NCBI GenBank assembly: GCA_034439575.1
Contig: JAWXAQ010000012.1
Span: 1-64,000 of the forward strand
Direction: 5' to 3'
Source of the DNA: Leptospira sp.
Lineage (GTDB): Bacteria; Spirochaetota; Leptospiria; Leptospirales; Leptospiraceae
Length of the DNA: 64,000 bases
Shown here: positions 32,257-41,667 of the stretch, piece after piece
Layout: each line of letters starts with the position of its first letter
Numbering within the stretch: position 1 is the first letter of the stretch
The notes under the pieces: generated by a model
The model's database searches: none
The model's input: the letters and a program-made list of their open reading frames with translations, nothing else
What the model was told of the DNA's origin: nothing
Translations under genes and position numbers: made by a program

Positions 32257-32463
32257 TAAAGGAACAGAAACTTTATTTTGCTCTTTGACTCACAGATACC
32301 GCTCTTACTAGCTATAGCGGCCCTTGTGGCTAATTGTGCCTGTCGCATTCCTATTCATGTTTTTGGAATTATTTTAGGATTTCAAGAAAGGAAAATTAAG
32401 GTAAACGAACAAAATATATATCAATCAAACTAAAAGAAAAAATATTTGATCTTTTTAAAATCC

Positions 32464-32507
32464 AATATAGTCGTTTTTTAAATTATTATATTTAAAACGA
32501 CTATATT
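32464..32507. terminator. Inverted repeat between convergent genes, probable bidirectional terminator
   Basis: 14-bp perfect IR AATATAGTCGTTTT / AAAACGACTATATT with a 16-nt spacer. Confidence 0.55.
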
Positions 32508-32515
32508 ATATAATT

Positions 32516-33646
32516 TTAATAATTCACAGCTTGCGCTACTTCCTCTTCTTCAGCTTCAGAATCGGCAAATTTAGAAAGGTATGCTTTTAAGGTTGCGGAA
32601 AAATTTTCTGTAACATCTGTGAATTGAACACCGACTCGAAATTTGGATTCCATATTTTTTATATTTCGAATGATACCTTTCACAGGAATTTTGGCATCTG
32701 CGATATTCAAATCAAAAATTAAAGATTCTCCAATAGCAAAACTTTTGATGAAAAATATATTTTGAGAATTTAAAAAGCTGAGACCATTTTCACTTATGTC
32801 TACAATTTTACAAACTTCAGGTGCCTCTTCAAAAAAACCTGTTTTACAAATTTCATCAGCAACTCGATTTGCTATAGAATCCACCAAATCGAAAGTAGTC
32901 GAGTCCAATATCTTTTTATGGTTCACTTGGATATAGCCAATCGGAATGAATCCTTTGTATTTTAGCATAATTGAAATTTCAGATATATGGCTCTCGTGAA
33001 TCAATTTTGGAATTTGTACTTTTTTTGAAAATTCATCATACGGGAGGAAATCATGGTCGGGATTTACATTTTCATTCTTATCTGGAATAAAAATCGGTTT
33101 CAGATATTTATTAAGAAGCCGTAACCTTGCATCTTGTTTTGAAGTCAGGATGATTTGACAGGAATCAAATCTCTTTCGAAGGATCATTCTATACTTTTGA
33201 ATGATATCATCTATTTTTGAATTATCAAAACTCAATTGTTTTTGAATTTCATTGATGTTTACGATTTTTTCTAATGACAATGCCGAATATTTATCATCCA
33301 ATTTGATTCGAGATGTATCTTCTCTGTTCGCTTCGGAGATGTACAATTCGTAAGGTGTTAGTATTTCTATTTGTGCATGTTTTGTCGCAGCCGCGTTTAA
33401 ACGAAACTCTAGTTTCATCCCGTTATGTGTTAGATAGATAATTCTCTTCGATTCATATTCGGTTCCAATAGGCAATGAAGTAACCACACCAAAGTTATTA
33501 ATTGAAAGTGGTTTTATCTGTATCTTTGAGCCGCATGTATCAAGATACATGGGAACAGATCGATAAAGAATTTTAAGAATATCATACATTTGTACTTTGT
33601 TGTTTATGACCTTTTCCATAACCAACAGTATATTGAATGTATACAC
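32516..33646 (-). CDS. Leptospira DUF1577-like protein with C-terminal PilZ domain
   Basis: IPIGYIQV, C-terminal IVDISENGLSF...GIIRN...VGVQF. Confidence 0.78.
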   Translation of the reverse strand: MYTFNILLVMEKVINNKVQMYDILKILYRSVPMYLDTCGSKIQIKPLSINNFGVVTSLPIGTEYESKRIIYLTHNGMKLEFRLNAAATKHAQIEILTPYELYISEANREDTSRIKLDDKYSALSLEKIVNINEIQKQLSFDNSKIDDIIQKYRMILRKRFDSCQIILTSKQDARLRLLNKYLKPIFIPDKNENVNPDHDFLPYDEFSKKVQIPKLIHESHISEISIMLKYKGFIPIGYIQVNHKKILDSTTFDLVDSIANRVADEICKTGFFEEAPEVCKIVDISENGLSFLNSQNIFFIKSFAIGESLIFDLNIADAKIPVKGIIRNIKNMESKFRVGVQFTDVTENFSATLKAYLSKFADSEAEEEEVAQAVNY

Positions 33647-33920
33647 AAATGAAATCCCGAAGGGGATAAATATAGGCCATTTTTAACGAATTAGGCTAAA
33701 GCGAATCATCAATAGCCAAAAAAAAATATCTATGTAAAACAATTGGTCAACAAAGCGGAAATATTATAAATTTTTAATCTCGTACGGCTATTTCTTTGCA
33801 ATGGGTTCACTAATATTCTCCCCGGGATAGCGAAATTTGCTATTGTGTTATCTAATTAGTAAACAAGAAAGTTTAGGATTCATTACTTATAAACCTGAGT
33901 TTGAATTCTGACGTTGGTGG

Positions 33921-36820
33921 ATGCTGATGACAAAATTTATAAAAATACTATTCATTACTTCAATAATTGTCCTAAATAATTGTACGTATTGGCCAGTAGC
34001 AAATGGACTGATTTCTGATTTGCTAACAACTGCAGGTGGACAAAACAATTCAACATCTCTTATACTTGCTTCTCTTTTGAACCAAGGGGGTGGAGGTTCT
34101 CAACTAGATATAATTCTTTTTGATCCTGCACCAGCTAATATGATAGTAGGCGAATCTCAGACACTCAAAGTAAAAGCGCGAATAAATAATGGGGAAACCC
34201 ATGAGTAGCGAATGCAGGGGAAATACAATTTCTTTCCTCGGATTCTGCGATACTTTCTACTTCTGGAAATACTGTGACTGCTCTCTCAAATGGCAGTGCG
34301 AGTATCACGGCTAGTTATAAAGATAAACTGGTATCAGCAGGAATCACTGTCAGTGCCAATGATGGATCAACTGCTACTGCATCCACTTTACCAGCTGCAG
34401 TCCCACCTACACCAGATACCACTGCACCCACTGTCACATCTGCTTCAGCAATTTTACCAAATCGGGTGAGAGTAATCTTCTCTGAAGATGTAAATGCGAC
34501 AGGTGCAAGTCTTGTAGCAAGTTATAAAATTGTATTCCAAGCGGATGTTGCTGGTCTTTGTTCTACAAATGCTAATTTTGCTAGTACCTCTACCGTAGGC
34601 ACTTTAGGTTCTGCTTCTGCCACAGATTTGGGATTTAATATATCATCTGTAACAGCGATTGATGCAAGAACTTATGACCTAAATTTAAGCCACAATCAAT
34701 TCCCTGGCGCAAACTACACAGTGATCGTTGATAAAACTGCGATAGAAGATCTCGCGACCACACCGAATGCTCTCGGATGTTCTAATACAGGAAACTTTAC
34801 TGGCGATGAAGCAATCAAAGTTACTTCTGCGACTTGCATAGATACTACGAATTTTGTCCTTACATACTCCAAGCAGGTATTAGGCGGAGTCGGCACTACT
34901 GGATCTGGCGAATGTGATACGACTTCCACACCTTCATGTGCTGATCTTTATAAAATCCCAGCAGGCCTTGGTGCTGTGCAATCGGTGAGAAGATTAAATG
35001 GAACTGCTTGTGGCGGTTTAGCCGCAGACAATACAAAAGTCTGTATCAATCACAGTCTACCTCAATCAGGTTCTTCGTATACGGTGATGGTGGCTGATGC
35101 TACAAATGGCGATACATTTGATAATGGAACCATTAAGATTAACAGTAATTCCACTCCATCGACATCCATTATCCCCGCGAGTGATTCGGCAACATTCACA
35201 GGATGTGGCACAACGCCTGTAAATTTATCCGATGGAGCTCTCTTAGAAGATCCGTTTGGTGATGGATCTGATTATGGTGATCTTACAGCTTATCAATCAA
35301 ATATACTCATTGGACCAAATCGAAATGGAAACCGAGCTGCAAGATTTGCCATTGATGGGACTTCACTCACAAGTTTAACTTTCGCTCTTCAGAAAGATAC
35401 AAACTCAGGAAGTGGCTCTCGGTCACCCCAAAATACAATAAGTAGCTCACTAGCAGTCGGTGATCCATATACTTATTCATCTATTGGTGGTCCATTGTGC
35501 GTAAGCTCCCACACAGCTACCTGCGGACCAAACAACCAGGATGGAAGAGGGGTCTTTTATTCTGGAATGATCGGAGGCTTTGAAACCTTAATATTAACTG
35601 GCTCAAAATCATCAGATGGTACAGGATACCCGAAAAACGATTATATCTATTGGACAAGAGATACAGATACTCAGCTGGATTTTCAATACATCGATACAGG
35701 TGCTGTACTAAATTCACCGGCAGTGAATGGCTCTTCTGTTGGAGGGGCAACCGTTGCTATCGAGCACAATACAGGAAGTGAATCGGTGGCGTTTCATAAT
35801 GATCACCTGTATTTGTCTTACCCAACGACTGACCCAAAACGACCAACAATCCTTCGATTGCAAGATGTTACAGTACCTGAACCCCTACCATCTGCGATTA
35901 ACAGAGATTTGTCTCTCTTCTCTATGATAAACATTGGAATGATTGCTGACAATTCTTTCAGCAATATGAATCTGTATCAAATATTAGGTGGAACGGTGTA
36001 TTCCTTTAATAATCGGGTTTATGTTGCAAATACAGGAAAGATTCGTTACAATGCTGCATCTTGCAGCCTTGGGAATAGCTCAACTTATTCGGGAGGGACT
36101 TGTGAGCAAAGAGGGGGAGTTATACGTTCTACGGTAGTTAATCCGGCACCTTGCTCAGGATTCGGAGCATGTGCCGATTGGGTTAATATTTCTCCTTCAG
36201 CAACCCAATACGCTCGAAACTTTTCCAATCCTCTAACAAGAGTTTTAAATTTAAAGGCTGGTGATAGACCCATTCCAAGCTTTGAAACATACAATAGTAA
36301 ACTTTATATGCTCAGAAATGCATGTCGTACTGTGCCAATGGTCGGTGAATACTGGTGGGCACCTGCGACCTTTAACGAAGGTACTTGCCCAATTGGCAAT
36401 GAAAGACCTCAGTTATGGAAATGTAGCCCTGGTGGGGACTTAGAATGTGATGCGGCTGATTGGACTTTGGTGGCAGAAGATGGAGTTACTACAGGCGCAA
36501 CTAACTTTGGAGATACGAATAACCGAAGGATCACACTCTTAAAGACAAATGGTAGCCGCTTATATATTGGATTCGACAATCCAAATGGAATCCAAGTGTT
36601 TAGAACAAGGTCAGGAATTACAGATCCTGCAAGTGCCGCTGACTTTGAAGCCGTACCAGGCCCGACAGGGGCTGCAAGTTTCAATTCCCGATTTGTGCAA
36701 GAGATCTATTCCGCTGCGTCAAGGTTAGATGGAACGATTTACAATCTTTACATTTCTGTCGGTGGGAGAAATGGCGGAACTCCAGTTCCTGTAAAGGTTT
36801 ACAGACAAATCAATAACTAG
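33921..36820 (+). pseudogene. LigB/LigC-like Ig-domain lipoprotein split by a 1-nt frameshift at about 34203-34205 (pseudogene or sequencing error)
   Basis: ORF 33921..34208 has lipobox LNNC-TYWP and the first half of a Big_2 domain. The -1 frame is open from 34205 (VANAGEIQFLSSDSAILSTSGNTVTALSNGSASITASY), completes the domain, and continues into a LigB-like C-terminal region (DTTAPTV..RVIFSE, DPFGDG, CGPNNQDGRGVF, PQLWKC..ECDAADW). Confidence 0.82.
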
Positions 36821-36842
36821 TATATAGAACTCCTGGATTTTC

Positions 36843-36882
36843 TACCTTATGATTCTTAAAAAAATCATAAGGTATTTTTTTT
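36843..36882 (+). terminator. Rho-independent terminator after the lig-like gene
   Basis: 12-bp stem TACCTTATGATT/AATCATAAGGTA followed by T8. Confidence 0.85.
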
Positions 36883-36991
36883 ATTTCATACGGTCAAAAA
36901 AAACCGTTCAGAACTTAGTTTGTTCCGCTTGGGCTTGCGCAATTTTTCATTTTTTGATTAAATTAAATAATGTTCCGCTAGGGATAGTAAA

Positions 36992-37357
36992 ATGAACAAT
37001 CAGACACTTTCGTTATTTATAATTTTGTTATTGGTTTCCTGCCAACATGCCCGTGTGCGTTTGGAGATGAAACCACCTAATGAATGTATAAGCAATGAAT
37101 TTTCTGAATCTGATTGTATGTTTGCCAAGGCAAATCTTCTGAACAAAGTCAGAGAAGGTGGGACTCTCTCTCATAAATTTAAACAAGATTATTATTTTTG
37201 GGGTTTTTATCCAAGAAATATGGAACTAGATCTTTCTGAAGTTTGTCCAGCTGGCATTTACGAACTGCATAGATTTGCAACATTTAGTGATACTCTATTT
37301 GAACAATTAACAATTGGAATTTATTCTCCAAGGACTATTAAATTATTATGTTATTAA
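36992..37357 (+). CDS. Bor/Iss-like lipoprotein
   Basis: Lipobox LVSC; YYFWGF...VCPAG...LTIGIYSPRTI..C is the Bor-family pattern. Confidence 0.8.
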   Translation: MNNQTLSLFIILLLVSCQHARVRLEMKPPNECISNEFSESDCMFAKANLLNKVREGGTLSHKFKQDYYFWGFYPRNMELDLSEVCPAGIYELHRFATFSDTLFEQLTIGIYSPRTIKLLCY

Positions 37358-37659
37358 AATATAAAATTTCATCAACTTTCTTTATTTTTATAATCATATT
37401 TGCTATGAATTGCCATACTGTTACACTGAAAATGGGCGATTTACCAGAAAATTCGGAACCAATCAATCCAGTTTCTTTACAACATTATACAACGATTATG
37501 GGATGGAAAGAAATCAGCCAAACTAAAAGTATCGATTGTCCTAAACAGGATGGAAATATTGTCATTCAAGAAGATGTGTGGGATGGAATCATATATTTCT
37601 TTTTAGCTCCGTTTTTAATTTCCGAATCGATTGAGATATCATGTTCGGAGGTAAAATGA
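37348..37659 (+). CDS. Small Bor-like lipoprotein
   Basis: Lipobox AMNC; C...C spacing and layout parallel the preceding gene; overlapping start/stop. Confidence 0.65.
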   Translation: MLLKYKISSTFFIFIIIFAMNCHTVTLKMGDLPENSEPINPVSLQHYTTIMGWKEISQTKSIDCPKQDGNIVIQEDVWDGIIYFFLAPFLISESIEISCSEVK

Positions 37660-39164
37660 ATTTTTTCGCACCTCCTCCATCTACAAAAGTTTTTAGCTCC
37701 GTTCGGTTTAAAATAGCTATCGCTTATTCAATATTAGCAATAGTAAATATATCTATTTTTTCGAATTTGATTTTTGAAAATCAGGTAGATTTGATTATTA
37801 ATAATTTCAAATTGCATTACGACAACTTTGCATCTGTGGTTTCTAAAAGTTTAACTGATGGAGAAGTAAACTTTGAATCGGAGGAAGGCAAAAAAACATT
37901 TAAAGAAACTCTCTTTGTGAACGGCATCACAAAATTTTTAGTTTTCGATGATTCAAAAACAATTGTATTTAAGGAAGATGAATCTGAAGAATTAAAACAA
38001 ATTGAATCTTACATTCAATTTTTATTTCCAAAGTCTGATTCTATTGATACAGGTCGCTATCGAATCGAATTGGATGTAAAGACATACCAAGTAAAGATCG
38101 GATTCTTTATGAAAAATTTAGAATCGAAAAAATTTTATATTTATACAGAAGAGACAGTTCGAATCGTCCAAGACAGACTTCGTCAACTCTACATTCAAAT
38201 TGGCGTGGTGATCGTTTTAGGTATATTGTTTCATGCATTTTTTGCCATCTATCTCTATCGCTTGATTTTTTCACGTCTGACGATTTTAAAAGAAGTTAGC
38301 ATTGCGATGAAAGCAGGCAAATTGGATAAAAGAGCAGAATGGAATTTTAAAAGCCGCGATGAATTAGATGATTTGGGTTTATCTTTCAATTCCATGGCAT
38401 CCACTTTGCAGACAAAAATAACAGAGATTTCTGAATTAAATCATGAAATCCAGATTGAACTAGAAATTGGGAAGGAGGTACAAGGTTTTTTCCTACCCAA
38501 TCATGAAATTTTTAAAAAGAACGATATTGCCGTACAATTTGTACCAATGCGCGAAGTTAGTGGTGACGTATATAATTTTTATAAATTTAAAGATGGGTCT
38601 CGTGGTTTGTTTTTTGCAGATGCCATGGGACATGGTGTTCCTGCGGCTCTAGTAACAACTGTAATCAATTTAGGTTTGCACATCATTCTCAAAAAAACAA
38701 ACAAACCAAATGAAGTCATGACCCACTTAAATAGTTATGTGAGCTATCATTTGAAAGGTTCTTACTTTGCCTCAGGTATTTTTATCCTTTTCCCAGCCAA
38801 TGAAAATATAATCTATTATTCTAATGCAGCTCAAAACGACCCACTTATTTTCAAAAGAGATAATCCTGAACCAACTAACTTAGAATCAATGGGATTGAAT
38901 CTTGGTATGATATCTCCATTTGAGTATCCATTGGCACAAACAAAATTTGAACCAGGTGATAAGTTGGTGGTGTATAGTGACGGAGTTACAGAAGGCCGAA
39001 ACGCAGAGAAAGTTCAGTTTGGAAATCCTAAGTTAAATGAAATTGTAACTTCTAATTTTGACCGTTCAAATCAAGAAATTTCAGAAATTATCTTGAAAGA
39101 GTTAACTGAATTCACTGACGGTAAGTTTGATGACGATGTAACCATACTTGTGTTAGGTAAATAG
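37656..39164 (+). CDS. Membrane HAMP + SpoIIE (PP2C/RsbU-type) phosphatase
   Basis: GGAGGT RBS before ATG 37656; 2 TM, DELDDLG..FNSM HAMP, VSGD, ADAMGHGVPAA, YSDGVTE, DDVT. Confidence 0.92.
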   Translation: MNFFAPPPSTKVFSSVRFKIAIAYSILAIVNISIFSNLIFENQVDLIINNFKLHYDNFASVVSKSLTDGEVNFESEEGKKTFKETLFVNGITKFLVFDDSKTIVFKEDESEELKQIESYIQFLFPKSDSIDTGRYRIELDVKTYQVKIGFFMKNLESKKFYIYTEETVRIVQDRLRQLYIQIGVVIVLGILFHAFFAIYLYRLIFSRLTILKEVSIAMKAGKLDKRAEWNFKSRDELDDLGLSFNSMASTLQTKITEISELNHEIQIELEIGKEVQGFFLPNHEIFKKNDIAVQFVPMREVSGDVYNFYKFKDGSRGLFFADAMGHGVPAALVTTVINLGLHIILKKTNKPNEVMTHLNSYVSYHLKGSYFASGIFILFPANENIIYYSNAAQNDPLIFKRDNPEPTNLESMGLNLGMISPFEYPLAQTKFEPGDKLVVYSDGVTEGRNAEKVQFGNPKLNEIVTSNFDRSNQEISEIILKELTEFTDGKFDDDVTILVLGK

Positions 39165-39166
39165 CA

Positions 39167-41020
39167 TTGCGATTTTTCACATATTCAGTTTTATTCATAT
39201 TTTGTCTAATTTATTTGTTATTTGGATCGGGCTGTATTCTGAATGCAAGAATGTTCGATTTAGATATGCAATTGAAAAAAAGTCAATTATTGAATTATGA
39301 ATTTTCTTCGGAAATTTTAAAGTTAAAATTTCAAGAAACAATTCTCCAAAAAGAGGATCTTGGTTCTGAAGTAAACCAGCTTATCATGGAATCTAATGTG
39401 ATGAACCAATCAATTGGTCACTTACATAATAAATTTACTTGGAGAGAAAAAGCAGGAGAATACTTAATCAATACAATACACTATCTAGTATTTAAACCAT
39501 TAATTTACTTAGCTTCAGAGAATGATTATCTATTCGATTTGCAAAAAGCATTTTACTTAGAAAAAAATCAAAAATGTAATTTAGCCATTCCCATATATAG
39601 AAATTTAGAAATAAATCTAAGAAAATCAAGAGGTGATGACCACGCTTTTGTGCAATTGCATTTAGGGTATTGTGAAGCGATATTAGGTAACAATGAAAAT
39701 GCGATTAAAAATCTCTCTTCTTTAATTAGTGAATATACTGGATCGCATTTTGCCGATAGTGGTCAAGTTATGTTAAATATTATACTATCAAATCTTAAAA
39801 AAGAAGAAAAGTTTAATAAGAATAGTTTAAGCGATAGCGAACTTGGCAAAAAATATTATGATAACGCTTTATTTGCCAAGGCGATTTTACAATTTAACAA
39901 ACTTGAAAAATTAACTTTAGATGAAAAATATATGAAAGCTCGTTCTTTTGAAAGAGTAGGGCGAATCACAGAAGCTAGTAATTTATATTTGGATATTGTT
40001 GCTGAAGGTGATTCGGAAATTGCCAAAAAGGCAAATCGCCGTTTGATGTTAATCGGAAATTTTTATGATGGCGGAGAAGAAGTTAAAGATATCGCCAAAA
40101 AAAATGCTGAAAAATTAGGAGATACTGTTATCTCCGAATTTGTCGAATCATCCGTTTCTAAACAAACAACTTCTCTCGTTTTAGAGACTTTAAAAAAGGA
40201 AGAAAAATTAGATACAAATCAATATTCTTTCCACCAAGAAAAAGTTATAGTGAGTGATGAACAAATAAAAAAAGTTAATACAGGCTTAGATCAAAAAAGA
40301 CAAACTAACGAAAAGATGGCTACCACTGAACCACCGATTCTGAAAAACAATTCGCCGAAGAAACAGTTGGCGGAAGAAAAAAATGTTAAGAAGAGCACAA
40401 ATAACGAATGTTTGCAATTCAGATCCCATGAAGGGGGTATTCATAAAGCTGAAAAAGTTTTGGTACTAGATGGTAAATTTGTCACTACGTACCTTGGAAA
40501 GACATTGGCCACTCCTGTTTCCGATTTTGAATTACTAGAATCTTGTAAAATTAATTCACCATTTACTATAGCTACTGATAAACTAGGAAAAGTTTCTGTT
40601 AAAACCGCAACTATTAAAGATGATCAAATGTTCTTAGAAACAGATGCTGGTATTAAAATCATTAATGTCGCTGATGTGCAATCCATGATTCCAGATAGTA
40701 TTCTAGAAAAAATTCGTTTTATTGTAGTACGCAGAAAAGATGGAAATTTTCATTATTGCAATAACATAGAATTTATTGGAAACAAAGAAGTACGCCTAAA
40801 TTCAAGATCAGGGGTTTCCGTTACAAAAAATGTTTTAGATTTGGATTATGTTCAGTTAGGTGATAATTCCATCAATTTTGTTATCATTAAAAAAGATAAA
40901 ACATTAGCAAAATCTATCGCCAATTTGTATATTAAAGATAATTTGATCAATTTCAATAATGATTTAGGTGATTTACAAATAATTAGCTTAGAAGACGTTC
41001 AAAAAATTGAATCAGAATAA
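39167..41020 (+). CDS. TPR-containing exported/lipoprotein with C-terminal tandem beta repeats
   Basis: Signal ending GSGC; TPR-like helices (LHLGYCEAILG, ARSFERVG); four repeats of about 45-50 aa at the C-terminus. Confidence 0.78.
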   Translation: MRFFTYSVLFIFCLIYLLFGSGCILNARMFDLDMQLKKSQLLNYEFSSEILKLKFQETILQKEDLGSEVNQLIMESNVMNQSIGHLHNKFTWREKAGEYLINTIHYLVFKPLIYLASENDYLFDLQKAFYLEKNQKCNLAIPIYRNLEINLRKSRGDDHAFVQLHLGYCEAILGNNENAIKNLSSLISEYTGSHFADSGQVMLNIILSNLKKEEKFNKNSLSDSELGKKYYDNALFAKAILQFNKLEKLTLDEKYMKARSFERVGRITEASNLYLDIVAEGDSEIAKKANRRLMLIGNFYDGGEEVKDIAKKNAEKLGDTVISEFVESSVSKQTTSLVLETLKKEEKLDTNQYSFHQEKVIVSDEQIKKVNTGLDQKRQTNEKMATTEPPILKNNSPKKQLAEEKNVKKSTNNECLQFRSHEGGIHKAEKVLVLDGKFVTTYLGKTLATPVSDFELLESCKINSPFTIATDKLGKVSVKTATIKDDQMFLETDAGIKIINVADVQSMIPDSILEKIRFIVVRRKDGNFHYCNNIEFIGNKEVRLNSRSGVSVTKNVLDLDYVQLGDNSINFVIIKKDKTLAKSIANLYIKDNLINFNNDLGDLQIISLEDVQKIESE

Positions 41021-41037
41021 ATAACAAAATTATTCAT

Positions 41038-41649
41038 TTAATGTTGGAACAGCGACTGCAGTTTTTCTAGATTTAAGAATGCTAATTTAGTTTCGCTCGT
41101 TTCTTTTTTGAAGAAATCATTCATATCTTTCCAATAGAAACATTCTTCTTCTAGTTTTTGATTCCCTATTTTAACTTCGCTTTCATCAATTTTCATGGAA
41201 CCTTTCGTGAAGAAAGAACGATTATTTATATTCTCTTTGAAGATCCAAACACAGAGACTTTTAAATCCTTTACGAATTAAAAGTCTACAAAGAGCATTTC
41301 GAAGTTTTTTTCCTATACCAAGATGTTGGTACTCTTTTAATAAATAGATCGCATAGATTTCGCTATCGCATGATTTTTTAGAACGAAATTTTCCGCCCGA
41401 AATAAAACCTATTACATTTGAATTTTGATCTTCTGCTACTAAAGTTGTGCAAAATTCTTTTTTCAATATGCCCTTCCAGACTTCTGTTCTAGAGTTAATC
41501 GTCATATTATCTAAGTATTCTTGCTCAACTAATCCGGAGAAAGATTCTCTCCAACTAGTTACATATATGGACGCAATTTTTTCAGCATCCAGAATATTTG
41601 CTTCTCTCACATTAAAATTCATTTTGAAATCCTTTTCATTTTTTAGCAT
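41038..41649 (-). CDS. GNAT family N-acetyltransferase
   Basis: VREANILDAEKIA, EIYAIYLLKEYQHLGIGKKL. Confidence 0.9.
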   Translation of the reverse strand: MLKNEKDFKMNFNVREANILDAEKIASIYVTSWRESFSGLVEQEYLDNMTINSRTEVWKGILKKEFCTTLVAEDQNSNVIGFISGGKFRSKKSCDSEIYAIYLLKEYQHLGIGKKLRNALCRLLIRKGFKSLCVWIFKENINNRSFFTKGSMKIDESEVKIGNQKLEEECFYWKDMNDFFKKETSETKLAFLNLEKLQSLFQH

Positions 41650-41667
41650 TCGACTTATTGATTATAA

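Noticed and set aside
33650-33920. c-di-GMP riboswitch or lig-type RNA thermometer upstream of the lig-like gene
   Set aside because: Only short weak hairpins are visible; none matches a riboswitch consensus I can recognise or clearly occludes the RBS. An Infernal/RNAfold run would be needed
34191-34204. GGGGAAAC as a programmed -1 frameshift site for the lig-like gene
   Set aside because: It is out of phase for an X XXY YYZ slip, and a -1 shift there runs into TGA at 34202-04; only a shift at 34203-34205 joins the frames
34206-34208. TAG read-through (pyrrolysine or suppression)
   Set aside because: The downstream ORF is in a different frame, so read-through would not fuse the two parts
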